Source of the DNA: the human T2T-CHM13v2.0 reference genome, Homo sapiens
Assembly: GCF_009914755.1 (NCBI RefSeq)
Contig: NC_060926.1
Length of the DNA: 64,000 nt
Reading direction: 5' to 3' (one strand)
The notes beneath the pieces were generated by a model. The model did no database searches. It was not told where the DNA came from and saw nothing but the letters and a program-made list of their open reading frames with translations. Both the position numbers and the translations under genes were made by a program. Numbering within the stretch: the first letter of the stretch is position 1; every line of letters begins with the position of its first letter. Positions 1 through 14,757 of the stretch are shown here, one piece after another.

Positions 1-779
1 ATCCCCCAGGATGTCCACGGTTTTGGGTGAGAGGGTCTCAGGAATATTTACACAGAAGGGAGCAAAGAGCCTGATTGTGTTCCTGGCTTTAACAAGTAAA
101 GATATTCTGTTTCCATCTGTGTAAATTTGCGTGACTTTTTTTTTTTTAATTTTGAGTAATTAATTGCCAAGACTCCATTTAGAAGGAAGACGATGATGAG
201 AATGAATCTTGTGAAAGTCCATACTGTACTGTTTCTCTAATGGGGTCCTGTGAACCCCCTGCGATTTACATATTGGCAGAAGGTCCAGTGTACACTTTGA
301 ATGTGATCCAAACGTTCTAGTTCATTTAAATTTCATAAGTTATAGTTTCCGGAAGGAGAAACTGTAACTGCATGGTAGCAAGTATGGAAAGGAACCTAGT
401 TTTCACTGTTATGCCCTGTCATTTAACAGTAGCTTTGAGTAGTTTTTAAATCAAAAACAAGAAAATGTTGATGCCTTAACTTTTTAACCCCTTGTTCTTC
501 GTGCGAGTCTATAGGGTAAGTTCTTCTTGTGGAAAACACTTGGGTTATTTTGGGCGAGGTGGCGCTAACAGAGTTTTGCTTGAGGATGTGCTTATCTGAT
601 TCTCTCTTCCCATTCAAATATAGGATTGATTGTTTTCATCCTTGGAGCACCCACTAGGTACAACCCTGTTGGAAACCTTAATGGTGAAAGCAGCGTCTAT
701 TCATTGAATTCTTTTTAATGTGTCAGAAACTGTGCTTTGTGAAACACAGGTTATAACATTTATTTTTCACAATGGTCTA

Positions 780-1150
<371 letters not shown>

Positions 1151-1507
1151 AGTACCATCTTTATTTCATTGTGTGGAGAGTGGGAGAGGAAGGTACAGAA
1201 GTATGGTGGGTTTGCGAGTTTAGTAGCAGGAAAGGGAGCGAGTTCTTGTATAAGGGGGTTTATTTCCTTCATGACATACAAGGGGTGAGGCTATATTGAG
1301 AGAAGGGGGTAAGGAGAGGGTATGGAGGTTGGAGGTTGGAAGAGATTGTAAATGGTTGACCAGAAGAAGGTAGATGTTCCCTGGGCAGTGTTGAGGGTAG
1401 ATGTTTTCCGGGCAAGTGATAGTTGGTTCTCTGTGGTTGACTGATCTTCCTGTTGCATGGCACTCTCTGCAGTCTCAGGTGCTTCTGTATCAGGAGGGAC
1501 AAAATGG

Positions 1508-2019
1508 TATTAAAGAGGAATTACTCATGACACTCGTTCAAGATGGTAAGGCAGACTTTATTTAGTACCATCACGATAGGCGTAGGGACCACTGCAGTGG
1601 GATTTTTGCAGTGAGGGAGAGAGATTGAGCTCAATTCTGAACAGAGCATGGACAAATAGGAATTTATAGCCAAGGAGTGGAGTGGAGGTCAGTGGATGGA
1701 AAATTACTAGGAGGAAACATCAGGGCTATAGGAGTGAAGTAGGGGAAGAAAGGGAGAGAATTCTGGTTAAAGTGATCCTGACCTATTATAGGATTCTTGT
1801 TGAAGGCAGGCCAGGGTGATCAGATACCATCTGGGGAATGGGAGAGGATGAGGAACCCAATTAATTAGTGGGGGTGATTAGACATAGAGGGTGGGGAATT
1901 CTGGATAAACTGACTTAGAGTTCTTGCCAAAACCAGATTTTATAAGGAAGTGTATACACGGATGTAGGAGAATGTAAAGGAGCCTGACTAAAGTTTGGTC
2001 AAGCAAAAAATCTATATCA
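1508..2019 (-). mobile_element. ERV1 solo LTR, MER31-like
   Basis: Minus strand begins tgatatagattttttgcttgaccaaactttagtcaggctcc, resembling the MER31-group LTR start; about 510 bp; imperfect 4-bp TSD atgg/ctgg. Confidence 0.65.
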
Positions 2020-2337
2020 CTGGTCAGTGAGTTTGTCTAGGTTTGGGGGTGTGTTGGGGGCTGTGCTAAAAAGACAGCTAGAGGAGCAAGAAACACTGGT
2101 GCAAGATCAAGAACATTATTTACCTGGGCCATGGATTCTAAGTTGGGTAAGGAGGGAACTGCAGAAAAGAGTGAGCTGATGGGAGTTCTTTACTAAGGGT
2201 CAGACAAATTTGGGGAAGGTATTGCAGTGGGGAAAAAAATTGTTAGGACAAGAGCCAGGATGTTCTCTCACAACTGCATTTCCACCCTTGCTTCAGGTGG
2301 GGGAACTGTTTACACATTCCACAATGAAGAACAATCA

Positions 2338-2641
<304 letters not shown>

Positions 2642-2688
2642 TCAGTATGTCCTTTGCTAAGATGACTCCTACCCACATGCAGGGAGGC

Positions 2689-2974
2689 TTTTTTTTTTTT
2701 CTTTTCTTCGAGACGGGGTCTTGCTGTGTCGCCCAGGCCAATCTCGGCTCACTGCAACCTCTGCCTCCTAGGTTCAAGAGATTCTCCTGTCTCAGCCTCC
2801 TGAGTAGCTGGGATTACAGGCATGCACCACCACGACCGGCTAATTTTTTTATTTTTCGTAGAGATGGGGTTTCACCATGTTGGTCAGGCTGGTCTCGAAT
2901 TCCTGACTTCGTGATCCGCCTGCTTCGGCCTCCCAAAGTGCTGGGATTACAGGCATGAGCCACCGCGCTCAGCC
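2689..2974 (-). mobile_element. Alu SINE with ~15-bp internal deletion
   Basis: T tail then antisense Alu; TSD gcagggaggctt at 2679-2690 and 2975-2986. Confidence 0.95.
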
Positions 2975-4291
2975 GCAGGGAGGCTTCTTAAAAACCTGTT
3001 TAGTGTCTCTCCATAGCCGCATCTCATTGTGTGTGTGTGTTTTAATATATTCATGCTCAAAATTTTGAGAAATGAGTAAATGGGTTGTTTACTGAATGTA
3101 AGCTTCTATCTCTTATGCACTGAGGCACTTGTTTATCAGTAGACCTAAGAAATTATGTACATACGGATCTCATCTCAGAGGCTTGTAAGAGATGTAGATT
3201 CCTGGGCCCAGATCTCAGAATTCCTGAATCATTACTGTCAGGCGGGGGCTTAGGAATGTGCATATCTGTGTATTAATACTCTGAAGACACGCAGAGTTCT
3301 AGAAGGTGAATGCTGTCATTCATGTTCATCTTAGGCCTTAAATGTAGAAAATACTGACGTGTAAGGAAAAGCAAAGGTGAAACCAGCAAGTTAATTTTGT
3401 CTTGAAATGCCATCACATTTAAAGCACAGTTCTTCAGAAATCAAGTTAGAGGGATATTGCATGATATTTCCCTCTGTTTATCTAAAGTTATTTGTAGTAT
3501 TTCTGTCCTGTGTATGTTATGAAAAGTCACACACGAGTCTGCTCATTCTTTGAGAGTCTATATTTACTAAGTCAGAAGATTTTTTTTTTTAAACCCTGAA
3601 GCATGAGAGATTTTGCGAGAAAGAAAATCTTTGCACCTTCCATTTTTAGAGAAAGGAATAGTAGAGAGTCAAGTGTGAAAACCAGCCACTGGGTTTCTTG
3701 GGAAGAAAAAATATAGTGTTAATGAGTAAGAAATGTTGTTTTGTATGAAGAAAGATATTAAAATTTATCTAAGGGCAGGTTGAGTTACAAGGAAAAAAAT
3801 GGATAGAATTAGAAACAATTCCAACTGTGACTATTTTAAAATGAAATATTAAATTTGTTACAATTGAACAAAGGAGAATTTAGAATTAATGAATTGCTTT
3901 TCTTGTAATATTTTCTTTACTCATTTCTTCTTATTTCTTTAAATAAGGAAACCCAAGTCATTACTTGGCTTATTATTACAAGTTATCAACAACTTAGTAA
4001 AACGTGCATGAAATCTGTAAGGTACAGAGCCTAATTCGTCAGTAGCTTTGGCAGCTAGATGTGCTGATTCACTGTCTACCCATTGTGACTTCAGAGTCAC
4101 AGGACTGTGGGTTAGAAGAAGGATACTAAGGGTCATCGGGCTCCAGCCGGCTCCAGCCGTGTCTTCGAGTGTCTGATAATGAGTTATTTAAAAAACTGAA
4201 ACCCAGAATCACACCTCTCGTTCTTGCTTAGCTAGTAATACAAGCAGACATTCATACCTTGATTTCTTCAACATGTAATTGGCTTGTAAAT

Positions 4292-4380
4292 CAGGGCGGC
4301 CATATAATTGATCATCCAGATTGGAGTACTTTTCGAGTGAAAGGGGGCATTGTTAATAATTATGCCAGGACAGCAGGCAT
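4292..4380 (+). mobile_element. MER81-like hAT DNA transposon fragment
   Basis: cagggcggccatataattgatcatcc...gagtgaaagggggcattgttaataattatgcc resembles the MER81 consensus. Confidence 0.6.
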
Positions 4381-4705
4381 TTTAGATTTGTACTCTATCA
4401 CAAAGCTAAGTTCTAGCAAATGGTTTTGAAACCGTGTTTAGTCTGAAAGATTTCTTTAGAAGTTACATGTGAAAAAAACTTACCTAGATTGAAGTTTATT
4501 TGCCAAGGTAACTAGGGTGCTGCGTACTATGTGATAGCCTGGTTACATGGAACCCCTAGGGAAATATCTCGTTTTTATGATAAAAATTTCTTTAGTTGAA
4601 AAATTTGTGCATTTATTTCTCAAATCAATGTCCAACTGTTTTAATAATTTCTCATATGCAGCTTAAGATTAAAATTCTTCATAGAGGGCCTTTTATTTTA
4701 GAATA

Positions 4706-5027
4706 TGGTCTTTCCTTGGTATCTATGGAGGACTGATTCTGGGACCCCCTCCCCATGGATACCAAAATCAATGAATGCTCAAGTCCCTGATAGAATGTAT
4801 TTGCCTAAAACCTATGCATATCCTCCCTTATACTTTAAATCATGTCTAGATTACTTATAATACCTGATATAAATGTTATGTAAATAGTTATTATACTATA
4901 TTGTTTAGCGAATAGTGGCAAGAAAGTCTGTACATGTTCAGTACAGATGCATTTTTTTTCAAATATTTTTGATCCATGGTTGGTTGAATCCACAGATGTG
5001 GAACCCATGGACACGGAAAATGTACTG
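4706..5027 (+). mobile_element. MER2 (TcMar-Tigger) DNA transposon
   Basis: ggataccaaaatc..tgctcaagtccctgata..tactttaaatcatgtctagattacttataatacc..ggttgaatccacagatgtggaaccc. Confidence 0.8.
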
Positions 5028-5086
5028 TGCTGCGGGAAAGTAGTAATATCAGGTGTGATGGGGGTGGAGGTAGATAGTATCTAGAC

Positions 5087-5634
5087 TAGAGGTTTCCAAA
5101 CTTTTTCAGTCATAGCATCTTTAGTGTCTCAAAAATTTTCATGGTGCCTCCTAGACCAAAAGAAAAACCTAACCATTCCATTTATTAAGTACTTAGGTCT
5201 AAACAACTATTTATGTTCTACTAATTTAGTGGCTGTTTGAGAAAATATTACATATAAATTGTGAGGAAAAACTTTCATTTTATTCTTCTAAAAGCATAAT
5301 TACTTATCAATATGTGTGTAGCTATGGGGCACTGCACAGCTTTCACACGTTGAATTCAGATTGTGCACACACTTCCTTTCCTGTTCAGTTTTCATTTTCT
5401 CTTGTTACTTGCTTTTATCACAGCAACTGCTAAAAAAACAGTTTCGCAAAGGTAAGATGTTATGGAAAGGAAATGTTGCGTGACTCAGGGTAGAAACTTG
5501 AACCACCTCAGGCTAGTGGCTTGTGCGGTCTCTGATTTTGAGTCTTGTTGCTTCCTTTGGAAATAATCCCATAGCTTCCATTCATTTCACTGTAGTGCTT
5601 GGGGGTGCCTTGGCACTCAATTTGAGAACCACAG
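5087..5634 (+). mobile_element. MER119-like hAT-Charlie element
   Basis: Charlie-type ends (..ggtttccaaact / tttgagaaccacag) flanked by a perfect 8-bp TSD atctagac (5079-5086, 5635-5642). Confidence 0.75.
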
Positions 5635-5819
5635 ATCTAGACATTTCTATTTAGTTCATTATTTGGCTGTTAGCTAAACATCCATTGTGTTTATGGCACC
5701 AGAAATTTTTATGTCTGTGTGTGAGAAGCTCTCAAAGCCATTATGTTAAAGAAACTAAGATGCTCCAGCACTTTACCCCTCCCTTCTTTGAATTAGGTTG
5801 TATCATATTCTGGTACTGA

Positions 5820-6320
5820 ATAGCTAAAGTTTATTGAACACTTATGTCAGGCACTGAGCTTGATGAAACACTTTGCATGTGTTCTCTCATTTTCTTTTTG
5901 ATTTTCATAACAATCCTGCTATATAAAGCTTCTTCTATCAGGCTCCTCCTGAAATCCGCTTGGAGTAGATACTGTCCTTATTTTACAGATGAGGAGACTA
6001 AAGTTCAAGTAATTTAAGTGATTTGCCTATGAACATCGAGCAAGTAGTTTCAGTTCTGTGATATAAACTTAAATTTTCTTATTTTACCTGAAGACTAGAA
6101 TCTTTGTCTGCAGCCACAGCCTCTTCTGTGGACACTGTGCTACCGTCCATGTGTCTACTACTGTTTTGATAGGTACTTTTTGTGTTTCGTGGTGGTCCTA
6201 ACAGGGAGATCTTTTTGTTCTCATTTTCAAATAGAAACACCGAGACTCAGAGAAATTTAGTTACTTGCCAGAGTGAACAGCTAGTAATTGGAATTTGAAC
6301 CCAGGTATGAGTAATTCCAA
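5820..6320 (-). mobile_element. MIR fragments
   Basis: ttttacagatgaggagactaaagttcaag and atagaaacaccgagactcagaga..ttacttgcc..atttgaacccagg MIR cores. Confidence 0.65.
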
Positions 6321-8161
6321 AGGTTGTAATTGTAATTTATTGTGATGACCAGAAGACGTTTTCTAAAATTCTGGAGTTATTTCAGAGTCATTAAAGAAAG
6401 ATTAAGTTACGATAATATGGCTTTTGTGTTAATTTGATGAATCGTATTCACTTAGAAATCATGCATGGTATGTGTGGCACCTCTCTATTAAACAGTGTGC
6501 CTGTTGCCCAACCATGTGCAATAACAGAGAATATATTGTGCTTATCATTTATAAATATATGTATAGAAGAGAGAGACAATGAATGGACCTATTTGTCAGT
6601 GGGCAGCTGACTGGGATGGAACACTGCAGCAACGCTGAAACGACAGACCCCCGAGATAGGATGGTGTGTGGAGGATCAGATTTTAAAGGCTTGTTTAGGG
6701 AGGTGTGTAAGTGCTAAGTAGTTTCTCAAGTTGAAAATTAGGAATCTCTTGATCCTGTCACTTCTCTATAAAACCTAATAATCAAACAGGGATTCATTTG
6801 CACTTGGAGTTGCATTTCCCTCTGGAAGAAGACAGATCTAAATCAGAGGTATGCTTCAAGTTGGCAAACACTTTGGGTGGGAAGCAACATTAGGTACTGG
6901 ATGAAGTGCGTTGCATTAGCCCTGGGCTCCTTAGGACTTGAGGTGTAATTTGCAGAAGGATAGATTGGTTCATGTGAGTTAGCTATGGTTCATCTCTTGA
7001 GTGATGGGGGCGGAGTTGTTATAGAATGTAAGAATGCAAAGATTGAATGGTCAATGTGGTATTTTGGCATTCTTCCAAATCCTTGTAGCTCTTTTGGAGA
7101 AGCATAACACTGCTTTGTAGGAAAGAGAAAAGTGTTTACATCCAGAACATATTGAGTGGGTGTACTGAGTTCAGCAGCCAGGGTCGTGTCCCCCAGGCCT
7201 ACTGTTGTGGTTTACCCAGCTGAGACGCACAGAGGGTCAATACAGTCAGATTTCTGCATCCTGCCACCCCCCGCCCATTTTCATCTCTGTCTTGCATGCA
7301 TGCTTGCTTTTTCCTTTTTCTTGCCCACAACCAAGTCCAGCACTTAAAATGGAATAGTGCACACTCTAGGGCCTGCTTCCCAGAAATTCTTTGTCTGTAA
7401 ATGTAGGTGTGCGCCCACCCTGGAAAATGCTTTCTTCTTATTGCCTTGCTTGGTGCATGCAGTGCACATGTCACCATGCTTCCTTGTTTTAGGCTGAAAC
7501 CAGACCACACACTTGGGTAGCACTTTACACCTAGAATGTACCACTGTGGTGTGAGAATATAAAACCAGGCATAACTCAAATGACATGGATTTTATTTCAC
7601 ATGAACCTTTTTATCTCCAAATAGACAAACATTGAAAACCTTATGCCCCAACAAGAAAGAGGTACTTCTTATTGAGGTATCTAAGGGTACCTGTTTATAA
7701 TATGATTTAGTTCAGCCATATTTAATAAATAATCTATTATTTAATGTTATAGTTGTTGTGCATTGTATGTATAAATTCTAAATTTCCATGTACCACACAT
7801 CAGAATTAATTTTATTATGGGATTTTTTTTTTTTGCTCAACTCATAACTGTTAGATGTGTATTGTGTATCTGTCCATGTTCTGAGTATTATAGAAAGCAT
7901 CCAAATATGCCAGAGAACTTTCCCTCTCATTGGATAAAAAGTGTACACATGTGAAATGGCAACCAATACGGTCACATTTGGTCCCTTGAACAAGTGCTAT
8001 TAGAGATAATACAAAGAAAAGGTCACCCCAAACATGGTATATAGAAGACTCAGGTCTTGGGTTGAGATGTAAGTTTGATGGAGAGAAGGTGAGTGGGATG
8101 GTAGGAGAGGCAGGTCAGGTCCAGGCCTGGAGTATAAGAGAAGGTATATCTGTACTCTGGA

Positions 8162-8493
<332 letters not shown>

Positions 8494-9449
8494 TAAATAT
8501 ATATTTTTAACTTTACAGAGTTGAAGTAAACTCTGTTAGTATTTGTATAATATTTAACAACCACGTACAAATAGATAATGACTAAATTTGACACTTGCTT
8601 TTCTGTTCCTAATTACTTATTTGTTTAAAAGGAGATTAAAGATCTTGGAGCAGAATGCCTTTTGTTTATTGAAATGCAGCTTGTTTGGCTGAGCAGAATT
8701 CTGTTAGACAATAATTATGCACCATCTGAATACAAGATACTTTACTGGGGTACTGTGGCTGTAAAGAGGACTAACAAATTATTTTTCCTTCCAGGGACTT
8801 GGAGTTTTGTAAGGATAGAAAGAGAAGTCAGTAAAATAGAATGTGATTGGTGGTCCCCTCAAAAAGATCTTGATGTTGTTGAGTTGCTCTTATGTCAGTT
8901 GTTTTGGGAATTCTTCTATTTTTATGACATCTTAAGGAGTTTAGCAGTTTAAAAAATTATGAAAGTGTTCCCTTAGACATTATGTGTGAATTAACTTGTT
9001 GATTGTTGGTGTTGACCATAAAAATACCAGCAACGTTAAAGTATTACTTTAATACCAGGATGTCGTACACACAGATGCAAACACTTACTTCATGGTCTTT
9101 TCCGCTACCACGAGGGGTGAGAGCCAAAAGCTAAGTGGCAGGCTAAAGGAGTGCAAAGAAGGAGAAAACTAAGAGCAGAAAAATTAATCCACTTGTCATA
9201 CACCAGAAGGCCTGCCACGCAAGACTTTCCAGCTTTCCTGCCTATCTTGGCTGGGCTTGTCTGGAGAGACACTGTGGGTTTCTGGAAATGAGACCATCAA
9301 GACTGATAAACACGTGTTGTGGTGAAACCTTAAGTTGTCTCAGTGTTACTGTGTGTTTGGATAGTGCAGAGCTTTACTTCAGAACATGGCTCCTTCATGA
9401 GTTGATAGTTTTATTTTTAATTTTTTTGGTAATTTAATCTTAGGACATC

Positions 9450-9852
9450 ATAACTTCAGGTATCTGAGTCTCTGTTTTTAATTCCTTTGTATATATACCT
9501 CATTGCAGAAATGTAGGGTCCTCTGTTGAGTGTGTGGTCAACATTTTCAGGAACCACCACACTGATTTCCATAGTAGGTGTACCATTTTATATTCCCAAT
9601 AACAATAAACAAAGGTACCAGTTTTTCCAAATCCCTGCCAACACTTATTCCGCCCCCACCTTTTGAAATTACTCTTTCACTTTTAAGGACCCTGTGATTA
9701 TAACTGGTTCCCACCAAGGTAATCCAGGATAATCTTCCCATCGCAAGGTTCTTAATCATATCTGCAAATCACATTTTAATATGTAAGGAATATTCACAGG
9801 TTCCTGGGATAGAGATGAGGAAATCTTTGGGGGCCATTATTCTGCCTATGAC
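9450..9852 (-). mobile_element. Old L1 fragment (~9450-9660) followed by MLT1 (ERVL-MaLR) LTR fragment (~9665-9852)
   Basis: ttccatagtaggtgtaccattttatattccc (L1 antisense); aatccaggataatcttccc...gggggccattattctgcct (MLT1 5' end on minus strand). Confidence 0.65.
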
Positions 9853-11479
9853 AGCAAGTCTACCTTTGAAGTTGCAGCTGTTTGCAAATGAGAAGCCATG
9901 AATTTGAGGCTATAATTTTGATCATGGTTATGGCAAAAATATTCATTTTTAAGACAAAAGCATAATCTTTCTCTTGTTATTTCAGAAGACGTGACCTTAG
10001 TTGAACATAAACTTGAACTCTTTTCCTCCTTTGGTGATCCCCATCATAAGATTGAATAGTATGAGGCTGTAACCTGGGCCAAGCTTGAGTATAGAATCCA
10101 GGTTCAGTAATCGTTTCCAGAGTGACTGCTGTGAAAGAGAAGAGGGAGACTAGCGATAATCTTAATGTCCTGAGAAGGGAATTACAGATATGTTGCTGGG
10201 AAAGGGCTGGGGGAGAGTGAGGCCAGGGTTCCAGGGCAGTGGGACAGGTGAAATTATATACTGCTTCAGATCAGCAGGTGATACAGACTGCAGTCTCATG
10301 GCTTTCTTGTGGTAGAATCTTGATATCTAATATGTTACAATTTGAGTTTGGTATCTTCAGTTATCAAATTGAGTTTACTCTTCAGATCTTATCACATAGA
10401 AAGTTGACATTCAACAGCAGAATAAGAACACTTTCTCTGGATTTCGATGCATTTTGGTCTGTGCCAGCAAGCCTAGTACCTTAATATATTTGGCCTCATG
10501 TTGTCTAATCATTGCCCATGAAGGAGTTTTCTAGCATCTCAAGTGTGGCCTCTTGTGTAACTCCCTCATTCAGCACACAAATGTGTGGATTCAGACACAG
10601 CTCCTGGCACAGCAGTTAGCAGACAGTAGGTGAAGAGTTCTTTGAAATCCAGAACATGTCAAGAATCGTTAGACAGCAGACCTCTAATGAAAATCAGACA
10701 TGAAGTTTGAAAAAAATTGCATGAGTGATTCTTTCCATTATTCTCTTTGTGTTTAAATGCAATAGGAATCTGTATTTTAGGGGCTGGCACTTTGGCCAGA
10801 GGAGGGATGTGTGGCTTTTCCATCTATTAGATGTTGAATCACTAAGCCAATGATATGGGGAGTAGTAGGAAGATGGGCTGCGGGAGAGCTTGTCCTTGAC
10901 TGCTATAGCTGCACCCTTTTGTCCTGTGGACAAGATTGGCTCTCCCACCTAGCTTGGTCTGTATTGATGATAATCTGGCCTTGCAATTAAATAAATACCA
11001 TAAACATAAATATGTACATAGTGAGCTCCTTTTTTAATGAACTCCTGTTTATTTGCATTTAAAAAGGATGGCAACAGTGTGACTACTTTAAAACAGTAGA
11101 TAATTCACATGAGATTTAGGGAATTCATTTTTGTCTGTTAGGTTGTGTTCACTGGTTTAAAAAATGGATAATTTTCTAGAGGTTCATAAATTAACAAAAT
11201 GGGTTGTTTTATGTGGATGGAGCCCAAAATCAAGGAGGAATGAAGACAGTGGCAAGTGCTGGCACTTCTGTTCTAAGAAAACTATAGTCAGGAAAAGATG
11301 GAGGTGCATTAAAGTAGCAAATTTCAAGTGTTCCAACTACTTTACATGCGTTATCTGATTTGATCTTCTGAAACTTCTGTATGTGTATTCACACACGTGC
11401 ACAAACACCCTCCAACAGATGTAAGTGATCCTTCTTTCATGTTAAAAGAGAAATAATAAGAGACATGTTGGCCTGAGTT

Positions 11480-11930
11480 CTCTTTAACAGCTTCATTGAG
11501 ATATAATGGATACAGAAAAATGGTATATTTTAAACTGCATAACCTGATGTATTGATATACAGTTTTGTGTTGCTTAACAATGGAGACAGGTTCTGAGAAA
11601 TACATCATTAGGCAATTTCATCGTTGTGTGAACACCACAGAGAAATGATAACCACCTAGAGACATGATCACGAGAGTCAGACTAATTAATATATCCATCA
11701 TCTCTCAAGTTACCGTTTCCTCCTTTTTTAGTGTGTGTGGTGAGGACTTAAGATTTACCCTCTTAGCGAATGTTAACTATACAATACAGTATTGTTAACT
11801 AGAGTCACCGTGCTGTACATTAGATCTTCAGAATTTATTCATCCTGCCTAACTGAAACTTGACCAACATCTCTTCATGTCCCCCTGAGCCTGAAGTCTTT
11901 GCTCTACCATTGGTAATAACCAGTTCTGTG
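11480..11930 (-). mobile_element. Old L1M 3' end interrupted by a Tigger3-like terminal fragment (~11560-11642)
   Basis: atacaatacagtattgttaactagagtcaccgtgctgtacattagatc (L1M 3' antisense); ttctgagaaatacatcattaggcaatttcatcgttgtgtgaac (Tigger3 end). Confidence 0.6.
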
Positions 11931-12963
11931 AACTTGGACAAATGCTTTCACCTTTTTAGTCTGTTTTGGTCACCTATAAAAGACAGAACAGAATGAATGT
12001 ATCACAAGCTTCTCTTGTAGCTCTGTACTTTTTGATTATAAAAAAGTTATGGAGGAGTCATAAGAAAGCAAGCCTTCTAAGAAAATAGACTGTACCTAAG
12101 ATTGTGATTGAGAGATTAGAGGTATGTCTCATTACCACAGTTTCCCCAGAAAGGACAGCTTTCTAGTCAGCTTTTATTTCCAAGATGTTACTAGATTAGG
12201 GAGAGCCTAATTTCTCCCTTTGTGAGCTTCACTGGCTACGGCGGTGATATTAGTACCCTCAATGATTCAATAAAAATAACAGTGACAATGAAAAATGACT
12301 GACTGGTGATTCACTTTGGGGAACTATTTGGCTGGCTGCCTGAGACCTGTGCCAGGAAAGAAGCTGAATAGATTTTAGCAGCATCCTCTAGGCTAGGAAG
12401 ATAATAAAATTTAGGATGCCAGGTAGTTGTTTGGACCATGAATATAGGTCATGGAAGGAAATGGATTTTAGGTGAGGGGAATTGATGGGCAGGCCATGTG
12501 CTGAATTTGCAGCCACCCTGCTGAGGCCCTCAGCTGTTGTAATTTTCAAGTGAACTCAGGAGAATTGGTACATTACTCAGTTCCAAGTGACTTAATTTGA
12601 TGTCCCAATAATGGTATAAGGAAAAATGTCAATGTAGGAAGAGTTAACAGAGCAGGAGGAATCATTTACCTCATTTGATTTGAAGACCCCTTGAAGACTT
12701 TTCCTAGATATTTCTTTGGCCGATGACTTCTCACTGCCATAGAGTAAGTTTGAAATTATCTGGTTTGATGTCCACATGAACTTGGTCTCACGCTACCCAC
12801 TCCTTACCTCCTGGTTTATTCTGTGTGATGCACAGCTCTTTGCCTTCTCCTGTGTTCATGCCTTTGTTCATATCTTTCCTTTTACCTAAAATAATGAGGA
12901 TAATATGAATAATATCATTTAACATACTGAGTACTTTCCGTGTACTTACTTTTGTACTATTTT

Positions 12964-13314
12964 ATAGTAATCCTCCCATATCCGTGGGGGATACTTGTCA
13001 AGACCCTCAGTGGATATCTGGAACCTTAAATAGTACTGAAACTAATATATACTATTGTTTTTCCTACATATACATACCTATGATAAAGTTTAATTTATAA
13101 ATTGGGCACAGTGAGAAATTAGCAATAAGTAATCATAAAATAGAACTATTGTAACAATATACTATAATAAAAGTTTATGTGAATGTGTTCTCTCTCTCTC
13201 TCACAAAATATCTTATTGTTCTCCACGAACCTATTTTGGGGCCATGGTTGAACTCAGGGAACTGAAATAGCGAAATAACAGAAAGCAAAATCATAGATGT
13301 GGGTGAGGCTACTG
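12964..13314 (+). mobile_element. MER44A-like Tigger MITE inserted in a MIR
   Basis: tatccgtgggggatacttgtcaagaccctcagtggat...ttcctacatatacatacctatgataaagtttaatttataaatt...ctactg; MIR sequence on both sides. Confidence 0.75.
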
Positions 13315-14039
13315 TACATACATTATCGAATTTAATTTTGCCCAAACTCTATGATGCAGGTAGTAACATTACCACCATCCTCATCACCATCATGATGCTT
13401 ATCACTACCATGGTGATCATTTCCATGTCACAAGTGAGGAAGCTGAGATTTAGTATAAATAACTTAGCTGAGATGACACTCTAAATGAGTGGTAGTCATG
13501 ATTGCAGCCCAGGTGGCCCATCTCCAAAGCCCACACATTAGAAACCATATTGTGTCATTTAATGCCATTCTTTACCATCCTCCCCACACATCCAGGCTCA
13601 ATGCATAGTATTTTCTACTTTCCGTAGCAAAAAGTAATGGCTCCTTCTCTGAGGTTCTGTCGGATTATTTGACATGCTCCGTTTTATATTTGTGTATTCA
13701 TCTTCTTTCCTTCTGCTTCATTGATGCCTTGTCAAAGCCTGAGTTTACCATGTATTTGTATCCTCACCTTGATTTGTTATTTGGCAGAGTTTATTAAGTA
13801 TATATTGATTTGACACTGTACCTTGCTATCTGTATTCAGCCCAGTCAGTTTTTTGGCTCCAGTTTATATTTTTCAACATCTTAAAATACTTCAATTAAAA
13901 TGCCAGTATCTTATATGAAAATATTAATATCATGCATTTCCACCTTCACTTTTCGTGCTAATGACTGTGTCTGGTTATTTAAGTGGAATTGTGAGATTGC
14001 TTAGTTCAAATAAGTCATATTTTAGAAACATTGTAGTTT

Positions 14040-14262
14040 AAATGTCATGGAAGGGGGATGATCATACAGACCTCTATTCTGAGTCCTGGCTTTGCCACCT
14101 ACCTCATGCATGGAGGAATTACTTAACCTCCTTGTCCTCCGATTTCCTTCTCTGTTAAATAGAAAAGATAATAACTACTTGTCAGGATTATAAGACAGAC
14201 TAAATTGGATAATGCATGCAAAGAGCCTAAGTGCCTGAGACATACCAGTCCGTCAATAAATG
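14040..14262 (+). mobile_element. MIR
   Basis: gagtcctggctttgccac..ttacttaacctc..tttccttctctgttaaatag..caataaatgg. Confidence 0.65.
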
Positions 14263-14570
14263 GTACATCTTGTTGTTTTTGACCCTTGATTTCGATTCTT
14301 CAGTTTTGAATTACATTTACTGGCTTTTTCGACTGTGGGGTGTTTACTAATTTCATTTGCTTTAGGATTCAAATAGTGTGGTTTAAGATCACCCGTAATT
14401 AGTAGAGTCAGGATTAGAATCTAGCTAGTCTAATTCCAGAGCCCAACTAGCAAAAACTAATAAATGAGTAAATCCTTGCTTGCACCGTCTCATTAGAATT
14501 CATTGTGCTACCCAGCCATCCAGTTGAAATCCATCCCATTTCCTTTTTTGTAGCGACAAGTAATGGCTCC

Positions 14571-14757
14571 GGGGAAGGGAACATGGGGAGTTGTTGTTTG
14601 ATGGGTACAGAGTTTGTTTTGCAAAATGGAAAAGTTCTAGAGATCCGTTGCACAATAATATTAATATAGTTATAAACACTACTTAAAGTATAAACTTAAA
14701 AATGGTTATGAGGTAAATTTTATATTATGTTTTCTACCATAACTGAAAAATTTTTTA
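14571..14757 (+). mobile_element. 5'-truncated L1M 3' end with TSD
   Basis: atggggagttgttgtttgatgggtacagagttt..aaaagttctagagat..acttaaaaatggtt; TSD aagtaatg(g/a)ctcc at 14558-14570 and 14758-14770. Confidence 0.75.

Noticed and set aside
549-567. CTCF-like motif tttgggcgaggtggcgcta
   Set aside because: The 3' half matches, but the key 5' CC positions are GG; insufficient without ChIP data.
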